64,000 nucleotides of DNA from Pedococcus sp. Its GTDB lineage: Bacteria; Actinomycetota; Actinomycetes; Actinomycetales; Dermatophilaceae. Below, piece after piece: positions 1-13,211 of this stretch. The notes under the pieces are model-generated. The model was not told where the DNA came from and did not search any database. It saw only the letters and a list, made by a program, of their open reading frames with translations. The position numbers and the translations under genes were made by a program. The stretch's first letter is position 1; the number at the start of each line of letters is the position of its first letter. The DNA lies in assembly GCA_036278855.1 (NCBI GenBank), contig DASUKI010000101.1, forward strand, positions 2,152 to 66,151, read 5' to 3'.

Positions 1-948
1 CAGCCACAGGAACCGGCGGACGTTGCGCACCATCTTGGTCAGCTGCTGGCTGGTGTTGCGCAGCACGACCACGGTCATCTGCAGCCGCTGCACCATCATC
101 ACCGCGAGGGCCACCGTGCCCGGGTTCACCACGCCCCGTATGGCGTCTCGCACCATCCAGGCGATCACCACCGCTGCGACGCCGAAGAAGACGAGGGACT
201 CGACCCCCTGGACCAGGCCGGTGCGCAGCTGGGCTCCGACGATCGGGCGGCGCCACCCGGCGACGGACTCACGCAGCAGGTCGCGGACCGTCTGGCGGGT
301 GCCGAAGACGCGCAGCTCGGCGCTCGGTGTCGCGCCGGTCACCAGGTCGACGAGGTGCCCGGTGCGGCGCGAGGGCTCGGCCGCCCGCTGCTCGCCCTCC
401 TTGTCCCACCGGACGGTCCAGCGGGTCAGCAGCAGGCCGGGCACCGCGATCAGCGTCACGATGGCCAGGCGCGCGTCGGCAGTCACCGCGACGATGATCG
501 TCCCGCCGGCGAAGACCAGGTTGTTGACGGTGTTGAGCAGAAGGTTGAACGACTGGCCGAGGGTGCCCTGCTGGTCGCGCAGGACCTGCAGCTCGTCCTG
601 GTAGCGCGCCGACTCGAGGTGGTCGAGCGTGGGGATGCCGGCGGTGATCCGCGCGATCCGCGCGTCGAACTCGAAGCCCACCCGCTCGAGCTGCATCACC
701 CTGGCGTGCGTGCCGACCAGCTGCAGGCCCATGTTCAGCGCGATCGAGGCGACCATGCCGACGGCGCCGACGACGAGCCGTCCCTGCTCGTTCTTGATCA
801 GGCCGTCCACCAGGAAGGCGAGAAAGAGCGGCTGCAGCATGATCAGGCCCTTGCCCAGGGTCTCGAGCATGGCGGCCACCGACTGCCACGGGCTGAGGCG
901 GAACGACATGGCGGTGACGAGCCAGACCGCCCGCAGGAACTCACGCAC
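1..948 (-). CDS. ABC exporter, fused permease/ATP-binding protein (partial; runs off left edge)
   Basis: Not in the ORF track. GTG at 948 overlaps the upstream stop (GTGCGTGA) and reads MREFLRAVWLVTAMSFRLSPWQ... with hydrophobic segments; tandem with a paralogous ABC gene. Confidence 0.8.
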   Translation of the reverse strand, partial: MREFLRAVWLVTAMSFRLSPWQSVAAMLETLGKGLIMLQPLFLAFLVDGLIKNEQGRLVVGAVGMVASIALNMGLQLVGTHARVMQLERVGFEFDARIARITAGIPTLDHLESARYQDELQVLRDQQGTLGQSFNLLLNTVNNLVFAGGTIIVAVTADARLAIVTLIAVPGLLLTRWTVRWDKEGEQRAAEPSRRTGHLVDLVTGATPSAELRVFGTRQTVRDLLRESVAGWRRPIVGAQLRTGLVQGVESLVFFGVAAVVIAWMVRDAIRGVVNPGTVALAVMMVQRLQMTVVVLRNTSQQLTKMVRNVRRFLWL

Positions 949-2851
949 TCAGATCGTCCTCCTCGTGCGCGGTGGCATGGTCCGAGTCGTGGGGGGAGCC
1001 GCCGTGATGGTCACCGCACTCGGTGAACCGAGCGGCCTGCAGTCTGAACATCTGCGCGTAGGGGCCCTCGGCTCGCATCAGCTCCTCGTGGCTGCCGTCC
1101 TCGACGACCCGTCCTTCGTCGACGACGACGATGCGGTCGGCGTGCCGGACGCTGGACAGCCGGTGGCTGACCAGGATGCTCGTCATTCCGTGGGTGACCT
1201 CGAGGAAGCGGTCGAACAGCTCCTTCTCGGCGCGGACGTCGAGCGCCGCTGTGGGCTCGTCCAGCACCAGGACCCCGGCACCGCGATCGAGCGCCGAGAA
1301 CGCACGCGCCAGGGCGACCCGCTGCCACTGGCCGCCGGAGAGGTCCTGGCCGTGGTCGTACTCGGCGGACAGCACCGTGCCCCACCCCTGCGGGAGGCGC
1401 TTCAGCAGCGGCGTGCCCGACGCCTCGTCGAGCGCTCGCGACAGTGCGCGTGAGCTCTCCGGACCGTCGTCGGCACCGAGCAGCACGTTGTCGCGCAACG
1501 AGAGCTGGTAGCGCACGAAGTCCTGGAAGATCACCGCCACCCGGCGCCGGGTGGCGTCGTCGGCCATCGGGTTGCGACCGTCGATGCGCACGGTGCCGGA
1601 GTCGGGGGCGTAGAGACCGCACAGCAGCTTGATCAGGGTGGACTTGCCCGCGCCGTTGACCCCGACCACGCCGAGTGACTGGCCGGCCGGGACGCGCAGG
1701 TCGAGCCCCGAGAAGACCTGGTCCTCCCGCGTGGGGTAGCCGAAGGAGACGTCATCCAGCACGATCTCTGCGGGGGCGACCTGCGTGACCTCGTCGGCCG
1801 TCGGGACCTCTCCGGGGGCGCCGGGAAGGTCCGGTCCAGGTCGGCTTCGCGCCATTCCGAGCTCGCCGCGCAGCTGCGCCAGCTGCGCGACGACGGCGGT
1901 GTTGCGCGCGACATACATCTGCATGTCCCCGACCGGTCCGAAGTTCTCCAGCTGGGGGATGGCCTGCGCCATCGTGACCAGGCCCGCGACCGACAGCGCC
2001 CCGGTCCACGCCTCGCGACCGAGCAGGGCGAAGGCACCGGCGTTGACCAGGAGCATGACCAGCGTCGCCCACCCGACGGGTCCGAGCGTGCGGTTGCGGT
2101 TGGACCAGACCAGCTGCATCGCGGCCAGCCAGGTGCGGCGGTAGCGGGCGGCGAGGAAGTCGCTGAGGCCGAACAGGCGCACCTCCTTGGCGAAGGAGCG
2201 GTCCATCAGCAGGCTGCGCAGGTAGGCCGCCTTGCGCCGGTCGTTGCCGGTGACGTCGAGCAGGTTGTCGGTGGCGCTGTCCATCCACCGGCGGAAGGTG
2301 CGGGACAGCAGCAGCCACGCGCCCACGAGCAGCAGCGGCGCCCACCAGCTCCACGTCAGGAGCACGCCGAGCGCCCCCAGACCGGTCAGCCGGACGAGCA
2401 GCAGCTGCCACGTCGAGAGGACACCCTGCATGAAGCTCCAGTCACGTGACGCGGTGACCAGACCCTCGAGCTGGGAGGTCTTCTCCGGGTCCTCGAGGTG
2501 AGCGATCCCGTGCGGTGCGAGCGCCGTCTCGGCGAGCAGGTCGAAGACCAGCACGAGGTAGCGGGCGGACAGGGCGTTGGCGCAGGCCTCCATCCCCACC
2601 TGGCACACGGGGGCCAGCACGAACAGCACCCCGACGAGCACCATGAGCCGCCAGGTCTCGCTGGCGGCCTGGCTGCCCGGCCCCTGGCGGTAGGCCTCGG
2701 CGAAGGAGCCCACGAGGTGCCCCGACACGACGAGGAGCGACACGGTGGCGGCCGCACTGAGCAGCGTCAGGAGGAGGCACAGGACCACGTACACGGGAGA
2801 GGCTCGCCACAGCAGGCGCGCGTGCAGCACGAGGCGGCGCGATGACGACAT
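941..2851 (-). CDS. ABC exporter, fused permease/ATP-binding protein
   Basis: N-terminal TM helices, Walker A GVNGAGKST, signature LSGGQWQR, Walker B VLVLDEPT, SHRLS. Start is 2851 or 2899. Confidence 0.9.
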   Translation of the reverse strand: MSSSRRLVLHARLLWRASPVYVVLCLLLTLLSAAATVSLLVVSGHLVGSFAEAYRQGPGSQAASETWRLMVLVGVLFVLAPVCQVGMEACANALSARYLVLVFDLLAETALAPHGIAHLEDPEKTSQLEGLVTASRDWSFMQGVLSTWQLLLVRLTGLGALGVLLTWSWWAPLLLVGAWLLLSRTFRRWMDSATDNLLDVTGNDRRKAAYLRSLLMDRSFAKEVRLFGLSDFLAARYRRTWLAAMQLVWSNRNRTLGPVGWATLVMLLVNAGAFALLGREAWTGALSVAGLVTMAQAIPQLENFGPVGDMQMYVARNTAVVAQLAQLRGELGMARSRPGPDLPGAPGEVPTADEVTQVAPAEIVLDDVSFGYPTREDQVFSGLDLRVPAGQSLGVVGVNGAGKSTLIKLLCGLYAPDSGTVRIDGRNPMADDATRRRVAVIFQDFVRYQLSLRDNVLLGADDGPESSRALSRALDEASGTPLLKRLPQGWGTVLSAEYDHGQDLSGGQWQRVALARAFSALDRGAGVLVLDEPTAALDVRAEKELFDRFLEVTHGMTSILVSHRLSSVRHADRIVVVDEGRVVEDGSHEELMRAEGPYAQMFRLQAARFTECGDHHGGSPHDSDHATAHEEDDLSA

Positions 2852-3079
2852 TCCTGGGCCCTGATCCCTTCCCCTGGCGACCGCTTCATCGTGCCCCATG
2901 CCACGTCGCCCGACCGGCGCTAGACGAGTTCTTTACCATCTCCAGACCTTTGCGACTCCGGATCGTGTCCAAGCGGGGGACAGCCGGGCGCGAGCGGCTC
3001 ACACAGGCACCGACGGGGCAGCCGTGACCTGCCGCACGACCCGGTCCGGGAGGACGGCAGGGCCAGTAGGCTCGCCGAC

Positions 3080-4693
<1,614 letters not shown>

Positions 4694-4698
4694 GCCTG

Positions 4699-5142
4699 GT
4701 GGGACGTCGGCGGGGCGGCCGCTCCGTCGTCTCGGCGGTCGCGGTCCTGCTCGTCGCCCTTGTCGCGCTCTGGATCAGCGGTGGCCTGAGCAGCGCCGGC
4801 GACGGCCCTGGCTCGCCGAGCGGGACCAGTCAGCAGCAGGACGCCCACCACAGCGGGCAGGGCACCATCGGCACGATCGCGTATGCCGCGCTGCCACCCC
4901 AGGCGCGCGAGACCATCGACCTGATCGACCGGGGCGGGCCCTACCCCTACCGCCAGGACGATGGGGTCTTCGGCAACCGGGAGGGGCTCCTGCCGCAGGC
5001 GCCGAGCGGCACCTACCGTGAGTACACGGTGGAGACACCGGGATCGGACGACCGCGGAGCACGCCGGCTGATCAAGGCGAGGGACGGCACCCTCTACTAC
5101 ACGGACGACCACTACCAGTCCTTCGAGCAGGTTCGACGATGA
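4699..5142 (+). CDS. Guanyl-specific ribonuclease (RNase Sa/barnase family), N-terminal membrane anchor or signal
   Basis: FGNREGLLP, YREYTV, RGARR, YYTDDHY motifs; hydrophobic N-terminus. GTG start at 4699 inferred. Confidence 0.88.
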   Translation: MGRRRGGRSVVSAVAVLLVALVALWISGGLSSAGDGPGSPSGTSQQQDAHHSGQGTIGTIAYAALPPQARETIDLIDRGGPYPYRQDDGVFGNREGLLPQAPSGTYREYTVETPGSDDRGARRLIKARDGTLYYTDDHYQSFEQVRR

Positions 5143-5639
5143 GCGGCGACGACGGTCGGCCAACGGGAGCGCAGCGAGGCGCGGATGACCAAGGAGCGCG
5201 ACGGTCGGGCACGACACCGCAGCAGTGGGTGGTGCTCGACCAGGTGCTCGCGGGAGCGCGGCCGGGCACGGTCCTGCGCGGGGACGACGGATCGGGAGAC
5301 GCGGCGGACCGAGCCGCGCAGCTGGGGCGCCGTGCCGGCTGGTCGGTCGTGCTCCTCGACACGACCGGTGCCCTGGACAAGGCAGCCCTGCTCGACCGCT
5401 GCCAGCAGGCGTTCGGCTTCCCGGAGTGGTTCGGTCACAACTGGGACGCGCTCGCCGATAGCCTCTCCGAGGTCGAGCACCCGGTCGGCACGTTGGTGCT
5501 GTGGACCGGATGGGACGGGCTGGCGCGGGCGGACGCACCCGCCTTCGGGACGGCCGTCGAGGTGCTGACCGAGCGCGCTGCGAGCGCCGTTGCCCGGCCT
5601 TTCGCCGTTCTGCTGGTCGCTCCGGGACAGCAGGGTTGA
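5139..5639 (+). CDS. Barstar-family ribonuclease inhibitor
   Basis: FGFPEWFGHNWDALADSL motif; ATGA-coupled to the RNase gene. Confidence 0.88.
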   Translation: MSGDDGRPTGAQRGADDQGARRSGTTPQQWVVLDQVLAGARPGTVLRGDDGSGDAADRAAQLGRRAGWSVVLLDTTGALDKAALLDRCQQAFGFPEWFGHNWDALADSLSEVEHPVGTLVLWTGWDGLARADAPAFGTAVEVLTERAASAVARPFAVLLVAPGQQG

Positions 5640-5676
5640 CCGAGGCGCCGCCCCTGCGCCGGTAGGCTGTCGGGTC

Positions 5677-6891
5677 GTGGCCTCCCCCGACTTGATCGCG
5701 TCCCTCGTTGCTGCCGTCGACTCCCGGCAGGACGAGCTGGTCGCGTGGCGCAGGGACCTGCACACCCACCCCGAGCTGTCCTGGCGCGAGACCCGCACGA
5801 CCTCCTTCGTCTCGAGCCGGCTGGCGGCAGCGGGTATCCGGGTCCGTCCTCTGCCGGGCACCGGGCTGATCGCCGAGGTGGGTGCGCAGGAGCCTGCCCA
5901 CCGGGTGGCGCTGCGTGCCGACCTGGACGGGCTGCCGGTGCCCGAGCGCACCGGCCTGGCCTGGGCCTCGCAGACGCAGGACGTCTGCCACGCCTGTGGC
6001 CACGACGTGCACACCGTCGCCGTACTCGGCGCCGGGCTGGCGTTGCAGGAACATGCGGAGGCCTTGCGCGAGAAGGGGATCGGGGTACGGCTCATCTTCC
6101 AGCCGGCGGAGGAGGTTATCCCGGGCGGCGCGCACACCGTGCTGGAACAGGGCGGCCTCTCGGGGGTCGACCGCGCCCTCGCGGTGCACTGCGACCCGAC
6201 CATCGACGTCGGCCAGGTCGGCCTGGTCGAGGGGCCGGTGACGGCGGCCGCCGACTCCGTGACCGTCACCCTCTCGGGCAAGGGCGGGCACACCTCGCGC
6301 CCGCACCTGACCCAGGACCTCACCTACGCGCTCGCCAAGGTGGTCACCGATGTGCCCGCCGCGCTGTCGCGGCGGCTGGATCCCCGGGCCGGGGCCGCGC
6401 TGGTGTGGGGGACGATTCACGCGGGAGGTGCCTCGAACGTCATACCTGCCTCGGGGCAGGCGACCGGCACCCTGCGGATGCTGGACGCCGAGGCGTGGGC
6501 ATCCACCGGCACGCTGATCGAGGACCTGGTCCACGAGGTGGTTGCACCGTATGGCGTGTCCGCACAGGTCGAGCACGTGCGCGGCGTCCCGCCGGTCGTC
6601 AACGACGACGCCGTGGTGGCGACGCTACGTGCCGCAGCAGCGGCGGCCCTGGATCCCGGAGCGGCCGTCCCGACCCGGCAGTCGCTCGGGGGCGAGGACT
6701 TCGGGTGGTACCTCACCGGCGCCTCTGGTGCTTCCGGCGCACTGGTGCGGCTGGGTACCCGCACTCCCGGTGGGCCGACCTACGAGCTGCACCAGGGCGA
6801 CCTGGTGGTCGCCGACCGTGCGGTCCTGGTGGCGGCCCGGTTGCTGGCGGCCGCCTGCGCGGTGGGCGGGCCCACCGGTACCCGTAAGTAA
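5677..6891 (+). CDS. M20 family amidohydrolase
   Basis: RRDLHTHPELS, ALRADLDGLP, HACGHDVH, FQPAEE, GGEDF; TAGGCT -10 upstream of GTG 5677. Confidence 0.9.
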   Translation: MASPDLIASLVAAVDSRQDELVAWRRDLHTHPELSWRETRTTSFVSSRLAAAGIRVRPLPGTGLIAEVGAQEPAHRVALRADLDGLPVPERTGLAWASQTQDVCHACGHDVHTVAVLGAGLALQEHAEALREKGIGVRLIFQPAEEVIPGGAHTVLEQGGLSGVDRALAVHCDPTIDVGQVGLVEGPVTAAADSVTVTLSGKGGHTSRPHLTQDLTYALAKVVTDVPAALSRRLDPRAGAALVWGTIHAGGASNVIPASGQATGTLRMLDAEAWASTGTLIEDLVHEVVAPYGVSAQVEHVRGVPPVVNDDAVVATLRAAAAAALDPGAAVPTRQSLGGEDFGWYLTGASGASGALVRLGTRTPGGPTYELHQGDLVVADRAVLVAARLLAAACAVGGPTGTRK

Positions 6892-7054
6892 CGGTTGGGA
6901 CAACAGGTCGCCCTGCGGCAGACAGCATCCCACCTGGCGAGATATTCTCTGCCGAGATTGCGCCCCGGAGGGCGCGACCAGCGCCGGCACACGGCCTGAC
7001 CATGGTGGTCGGATACCGTCCGGTGCTTCACGACGTGGATGAATGGAGACGCTT

Positions 7055-8203
7055 GTGCGTTCGGTCATGAAGGTGGCGGCAACAGTCGCCCTGGTGGGGC
7101 TCACGGTGAGTGCCTGCGGAAGCAAGCCCACGGACAGCTCGAGCACGACGCCGGCCGGTGGCAGCACCGGCAACGCGGGTGCCACGAGTGCCGCCCCGGC
7201 TGCCACCGGCGGGGGCAGCACGCAGGCGAGCGGCAAGGCGCTGCAGGCGTGCATGGTCCTGGACACGGGCGGCGTCGACGACCGCTCGTTCAACCAGTCG
7301 TCCTGGGCCGGACTGCAGGAGGCCAACAAGTCCAACCCCAACATCAAGATCAGCTACGTCCCGTCGAACAGCTCCAACGACTACGTCCCCAACCTCAACG
7401 CCGAGGTCAAGAAGGGGTGTGACACCGTCCTGGCGGTCGGTGGCCTGATGGCAGACGCCGTGAAGAAGACCGCGGCCAAGAACCCCAAGACGCACTTCGG
7501 CCAGATCGACGCGCCCTCCAGCGGCACGAACGTCTACGGTCTGCAGTACAACACCGCGGAGGCGGCGTTCCTCGCCGGCTACCTGGCGGCGGGCATGACC
7601 AAGTCGGGCAAGGTCGCCACCTTCGGCGGCCTCAACATCCCGCCGGTCACCATCTACATGGACGGCTTCTGGGAGGGCGTGCAGTACTACAACAAGGCCA
7701 AGGGCAAGAACGTGCAGGTCCTCGGCTGGAACGAGAAGAACCAGAAGGGCGGCACCTTCGCCAACTCGTTCACCGACCAGAACAAGGGCAAGCAGATCAG
7801 CCAGGCCTTCGCTCAGCAGGGGGCCGACATCGTCTTCCCCGTCGCCGGCGGCACGGGGCTGGGCGCCGGTGCGGCCGCGCAGAGCTCGGGCGGCAAGGTC
7901 AGCGTGATCTGGGTCGACACGGACGGCTGCATCAGCGCCAAGCAGTACTGCCAGTACATCCTCACCAGCGCGACCAAGAACCTCGCGGACTCGGTGGCGC
8001 AGTACGTCGAGAAGGGTGCCGACGGCACGCTCCCCACCGGCAACTACATCGGCGACCTGAAGAACGAAGGTGTCGGCCTTGCGCCCTATCACGAGTTCGA
8101 CAGCAAGGTCCCGGCAGACCTGAAGAAGGAGGTCGACCAGGTCAAGGCCGACATCATCTCCGGCAAGATCAAGATCACCTCGCCGGCGCAGCCCAAGGAG
8201 TAA
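7055..8203 (+). CDS. BMP family nucleoside ABC transporter substrate-binding lipoprotein
   Basis: Lipobox VSAC, DTGGVDDRSFNQ, GADIVFPVAG. GGAG RBS at 7045-7048 favours GTG 7055 over ATG 7043. Confidence 0.9.
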   Translation: MRSVMKVAATVALVGLTVSACGSKPTDSSSTTPAGGSTGNAGATSAAPAATGGGSTQASGKALQACMVLDTGGVDDRSFNQSSWAGLQEANKSNPNIKISYVPSNSSNDYVPNLNAEVKKGCDTVLAVGGLMADAVKKTAAKNPKTHFGQIDAPSSGTNVYGLQYNTAEAAFLAGYLAAGMTKSGKVATFGGLNIPPVTIYMDGFWEGVQYYNKAKGKNVQVLGWNEKNQKGGTFANSFTDQNKGKQISQAFAQQGADIVFPVAGGTGLGAGAAAQSSGGKVSVIWVDTDGCISAKQYCQYILTSATKNLADSVAQYVEKGADGTLPTGNYIGDLKNEGVGLAPYHEFDSKVPADLKKEVDQVKADIISGKIKITSPAQPKE

Positions 8204-8230
8204 GCCGCAAGGAGTAGTCTGCGTCGGTCT

Positions 8231-8263
8231 GCGGCCAGGGGGGCTCCCCGCCCCCCTGGCCGC
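8231..8263 (+). terminator. Perfect 14-bp hairpin after the SBP gene (mRNA stabiliser or attenuator)
   Basis: GCGGCCAGGGGGGC-TCCCC-GCCCCCCTGGCCGC. Confidence 0.7.
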
Positions 8264-8289
8264 TGTGTCACCTGTCAACGGAGAAACGT

Positions 8290-9827
<1,538 letters not shown>

Positions 9828-9831
<4 letters not shown>

Positions 9832-9941
9832 GGAGCCCCACGAAGTTCTCCGCTTCCCTGCCACCCCACGAAGTTCTCCACTCCGCCCCGACACTTCGCG
9901 GGGGCCCCGGCCTCCGATGCTTCGGGGGGGCTACGGAATGA
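9828..9941 (+). repeat. MIRU-like intercistronic repeat, copy A; 37-aa bridging ORF
   Basis: ATGA at both ends; CCCCACGAAGTTCTCC twice and ACTTCGCGGGGGCCCCGGC; reads [37 protein letters not shown]. Confidence 0.75.
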
Positions 9942-11281
9942 CGCAGGAAAAGCCTCCCACCGGGCCCATCGGGCCGAGCGACGCGACCGAACCCGCCGAC
10001 GGGGCCAGCCCGGCCCAGGGCGCAATGTCCACGCAGACGGAGCCGCCCGACGACTCCGCCGGGCCGGGGTCGGAGAGCGGCAAGGGAGCCGGCAGCCGGA
10101 TGGGGAGGATGCTGCACGGGGACAACCCGGTGCTGCTCACCTTCCTCGCCCTCGTCCTGGCCGGCCTCGTCGGGGCGGTGCTGATCGCGATCGGCGACCC
10201 CGCCACCCGTGCGGCCTCCAAGTACTTCTTCGCGGCGCCGCTGGACACCGTCTCGGCGGCCCTGAAGGCAGTGGGCAACGCCTACCTGGCGCTTTTCGAG
10301 GGATCGGTCGTGGATCCGTCGTCGTTCGCCAGCGGCAGCGCGACCGCGATCCTCGGGCCCATCTCGGAGACGTTGGTCAACGCGACCCCGCTGATCCTCG
10401 GTGGCCTCTCGGTCGCGCTCGCCTTCCGCGCGGGCCTGTTCAACATCGGCGGCCAGGGGCAGATCATCATCGGCGCGGTCTTCGCCGGCTACGTCGGCTT
10501 CGCGTGGGACCTGCCGGTCGTGGTGCACGTGCTGGTGGCCCTGGCGGCCGGCACCCTCGGTGGTGCGCTCTGGGGCGGCATCGCCGGATGGCTGAAGGCG
10601 CGCACCGGCGCCCACGAGGTCATCACCACGATCATGCTCAACTACATTGCGTTCAACTTGCTCGCGTTCCTGCTCGGCACCCCGGGCTTCCAGGCGCCGC
10701 CGTTCGGGCAGGCGATCTCCAACCCGGTCGAGGGCAATGCCCGCTTGCCGCACCTGTTGGGTGGTGACCTGCGGGTGCACGCCGGACTGCTGATCGCGCT
10801 GCTCGCGGCGCTGGGCTGCTGGTGGCTGCTTGACCGCAGCACGTTGGGCTTCCGGCTGCGCGCCGTCGGCGCCAACCAGAACGCCGCACGCACCGCGGGA
10901 ATGCACGTCGAGCGCAGCTACGTCGCGGTCATGCTCATCGCCGGTGGGCTGTGCGGGCTGGCCGGCTGCGCGCAGATCCTCGGCACCAACCCGGCCATCA
11001 CGCAGGACATCGACGCCGGGATCGGCTTCGACGCGATCACCGTCGCGTTGCTCGGCCGGGGCAAGCCCGGCGGCACCGTCCTGGCAGGCCTGCTGTTCGG
11101 CGCGTTGCGCGCGGGCAGCGTGACGATGCTGTCGGTCACCGGCACCCCGGTCGACCTCGTGCAGGTCGTCCAGGCCCTGATCGTCATGTTCATCGCCGCG
11201 CCGGCCCTGGTGCAGGCGGTCTTCCGGGTCCGCGCCCGCGGCGGCGTGGGCCAGGTCCTCGCGAAGGGATGGAACGGATGA
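9938..11281 (+). CDS. Nucleoside ABC transporter permease 1
   Basis: GLFNIGGQGQ, HEVITTIMLNY, GFDAITVALLG; multiple TM segments. Confidence 0.92.
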   Translation: MTQEKPPTGPIGPSDATEPADGASPAQGAMSTQTEPPDDSAGPGSESGKGAGSRMGRMLHGDNPVLLTFLALVLAGLVGAVLIAIGDPATRAASKYFFAAPLDTVSAALKAVGNAYLALFEGSVVDPSSFASGSATAILGPISETLVNATPLILGGLSVALAFRAGLFNIGGQGQIIIGAVFAGYVGFAWDLPVVVHVLVALAAGTLGGALWGGIAGWLKARTGAHEVITTIMLNYIAFNLLAFLLGTPGFQAPPFGQAISNPVEGNARLPHLLGGDLRVHAGLLIALLAALGCWWLLDRSTLGFRLRAVGANQNAARTAGMHVERSYVAVMLIAGGLCGLAGCAQILGTNPAITQDIDAGIGFDAITVALLGRGKPGGTVLAGLLFGALRAGSVTMLSVTGTPVDLVQVVQALIVMFIAAPALVQAVFRVRARGGVGQVLAKGWNG

Positions 11282-11412
11282 GTCACCCCACACAGCCACC
11301 CCACGAGGTTCTCCGCTCGCAAGCTTGCTCCGGTACCTCTCGGGGACCCCGGCCTCCCGTGCTTCCCGGGGGCAGCCCGGGCCTCCGCAACTCCGCGGGG
11401 ACCCCGGCATGA
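11278..11412 (+). repeat. MIRU-like intercistronic repeat, copy B; 44-aa bridging ORF
   Basis: ATGA at both ends; CACCCCACGAGGTTCTCCGCTCGCAAGCTTGCTCCGGTACCTCTCGGGGACCCCGGC; reads MSHPTQPPHEVLRSQACSGTSRGPRPPVLPGGSPGLRNSAGTPA*. Confidence 0.75.
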
Positions 11413-12746
11413 GCGCCGTCGAGCTGGCCACACCGTCGGGCGGAGACCCCGACCAGGACGACCTCGTCGTCGTCAAGAAGGTCGTCCGACGCACCAGCAC
11501 GAAGCGCCGGGTCATCACCGGCGTGCTCATGGTCGCCCTCGGGGTGCTGTGCGTGCTGGGTCTGGGTCTCGGCGCCCACCCGGGAGTGTCGGCGACGTTC
11601 CAACTGGGGCAGCCCGACGCGGCCATCGGCGTGCCCAACCTGGTGCTCCCGGCGCGGACCGCCATCGTCGTGCTCGGCGTCCTGATCATCCTGCTCGGCC
11701 TGTGGCAGGCCGTCCGAGGCTTCGGTCGTCGCGCGATGCGGTGGGTCGGAGTCGTCGCGGGCGTCGCGTTCATCTTCTCCTTCCTGTGCTGGGCCGCCAC
11801 CGGCCAGGAGGGCGGCGCCAGCATCGACCTGGTCGGGCTGCTCTCGCAGTCCATCTTCCTGGCGACACCCCTGATCCTGGGTGCCCTGGCCGGCATCCTC
11901 TGTGAGCGCTCCGCGGTCATCAACATCGCCATCGAGGGGCAGATGCTCACCGGAGCGTTCGCCGGCGCGCTGGCGGGCTCGATGGCACACAACCTCGGCG
12001 TCGGGCTGATCGCCGCGATGATCGCCGGCGGGCTGATGGGCGCGCTACTCGCCGTCTTCGCGATCCGCTACGTCGTCAACCAGATCATCCTGGGTGTCGT
12101 CATCAACGTCCTCGCCCTCGGTCTCACGGGCTTCATCTACGACGCGCTGATGCAGCCCAACCAGGACAGCCTGAACAACCCCGGCTTCTTCTCCCCGATC
12201 AAGATCCCGGTCCTCGGCGACATCCCGATCCTCGGACCGTTGCTGTTCGACGCCAACATCATCGTCTACCTGATGTACCTGCTGATCATCGTCATCGACG
12301 TGGCGCTGCTGCGGACCCGCTGGGGCCTGCGCACCCGCGCCGTGGGGGAGCATCCCAAGGCCGCCGACACCGTCGGCATCAACGTGCTGCGCACCCGCTA
12401 CCGCAACGTCATCCTCGGTGGCTGCGTCGCCGGCCTCGGTGGCGCGTTCCTCACCATCGGCGCGGTCGGGTCGTTCACCAAGGACATCTCCTCCGGCAAG
12501 GGGTTCATCGCCCTGGCCGCGGTGATCTTCGGGGGCTGGTCGCCGCGTGGTGCGCTGGGCGCCGCCTTGCTCTTCGGGTTCGCCGACGCCCTCGGCACGC
12601 TGCTGTCCTTCATCTCGGCTCCGGTCGCGATCCCGTCCAGCTTCCTGGCGATGCTGCCCTACCTGGCCACGATCTTCGCAGTGGCCGGGCTGGTGGGACG
12701 GGTCAAGGCGCCCGCTGCCGATGGCGAGCCCTACACCAAGGAGTGA
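11409..12746 (+). CDS. Nucleoside ABC transporter permease 2
   Basis: ERSAVINIAIEG, GLRTRAVGEHP, GKGFIALAAVIFG. Confidence 0.92.
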   Translation: MSAVELATPSGGDPDQDDLVVVKKVVRRTSTKRRVITGVLMVALGVLCVLGLGLGAHPGVSATFQLGQPDAAIGVPNLVLPARTAIVVLGVLIILLGLWQAVRGFGRRAMRWVGVVAGVAFIFSFLCWAATGQEGGASIDLVGLLSQSIFLATPLILGALAGILCERSAVINIAIEGQMLTGAFAGALAGSMAHNLGVGLIAAMIAGGLMGALLAVFAIRYVVNQIILGVVINVLALGLTGFIYDALMQPNQDSLNNPGFFSPIKIPVLGDIPILGPLLFDANIIVYLMYLLIIVIDVALLRTRWGLRTRAVGEHPKAADTVGINVLRTRYRNVILGGCVAGLGGAFLTIGAVGSFTKDISSGKGFIALAAVIFGGWSPRGALGAALLFGFADALGTLLSFISAPVAIPSSFLAMLPYLATIFAVAGLVGRVKAPAADGEPYTKE

Positions 12747-12749
12747 GTC

Positions 12750-13211
12750 GTGTCGGACCAGCGGCAGCACGTTCAGGACTCCGCGATGGCAGCCGAGCAG
12801 GCGGGCATCGACTGGGAGGTCCTGCGCGACAAGGCGATCGAGCTCATGGGACGCGCCTACGCGCCATACTCGAAATATCCGGTCGGCGTCGCCGGGCTCG
12901 TCGATGACGGGCGCGTGGTGGCCGGCTGCAACGTCGAGAACGCGGCCTACGGCGTCGCGCTGTGCGCCGAGTGCGGCATGGTCTCGGATCTCGTCGCCGG
13001 CGGTGGCGGCCGGCTCGTCGCCGTCGCCTGCGTCAACGTGGACGGCGCGGCGATCATGCCGTGCGGACGGTGCCGTCAGCTGCTCTGGGAGCACGGCGGC
13101 CCGGAGTGCCTGCTCCTGACGCCGGAAGGCGTGCAGCCGATGACGCAGGTGCTGCCCCAGGCGTTCGGAGTGTCCGACCTCGACGAGGTCTACGAGGGGC
13201 GTGAGGCATGA
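12750..13211 (+). CDS. cdd: Cytidine deaminase
   Basis: AYAPYS, GCNVENA, CAE and PCGRCRQ zinc ligands; start may be 12786. Confidence 0.93.
   Translation: MSDQRQHVQDSAMAAEQAGIDWEVLRDKAIELMGRAYAPYSKYPVGVAGLVDDGRVVAGCNVENAAYGVALCAECGMVSDLVAGGGGRLVAVACVNVDGAAIMPCGRCRQLLWEHGGPECLLLTPEGVQPMTQVLPQAFGVSDLDEVYEGREA

Noticed and set aside
2852-3079. RiPP precursor or leader peptide upstream of the ABC exporters
   Set aside because: Short ORFs exist but have no supporting features, and no modification enzymes are in the window.
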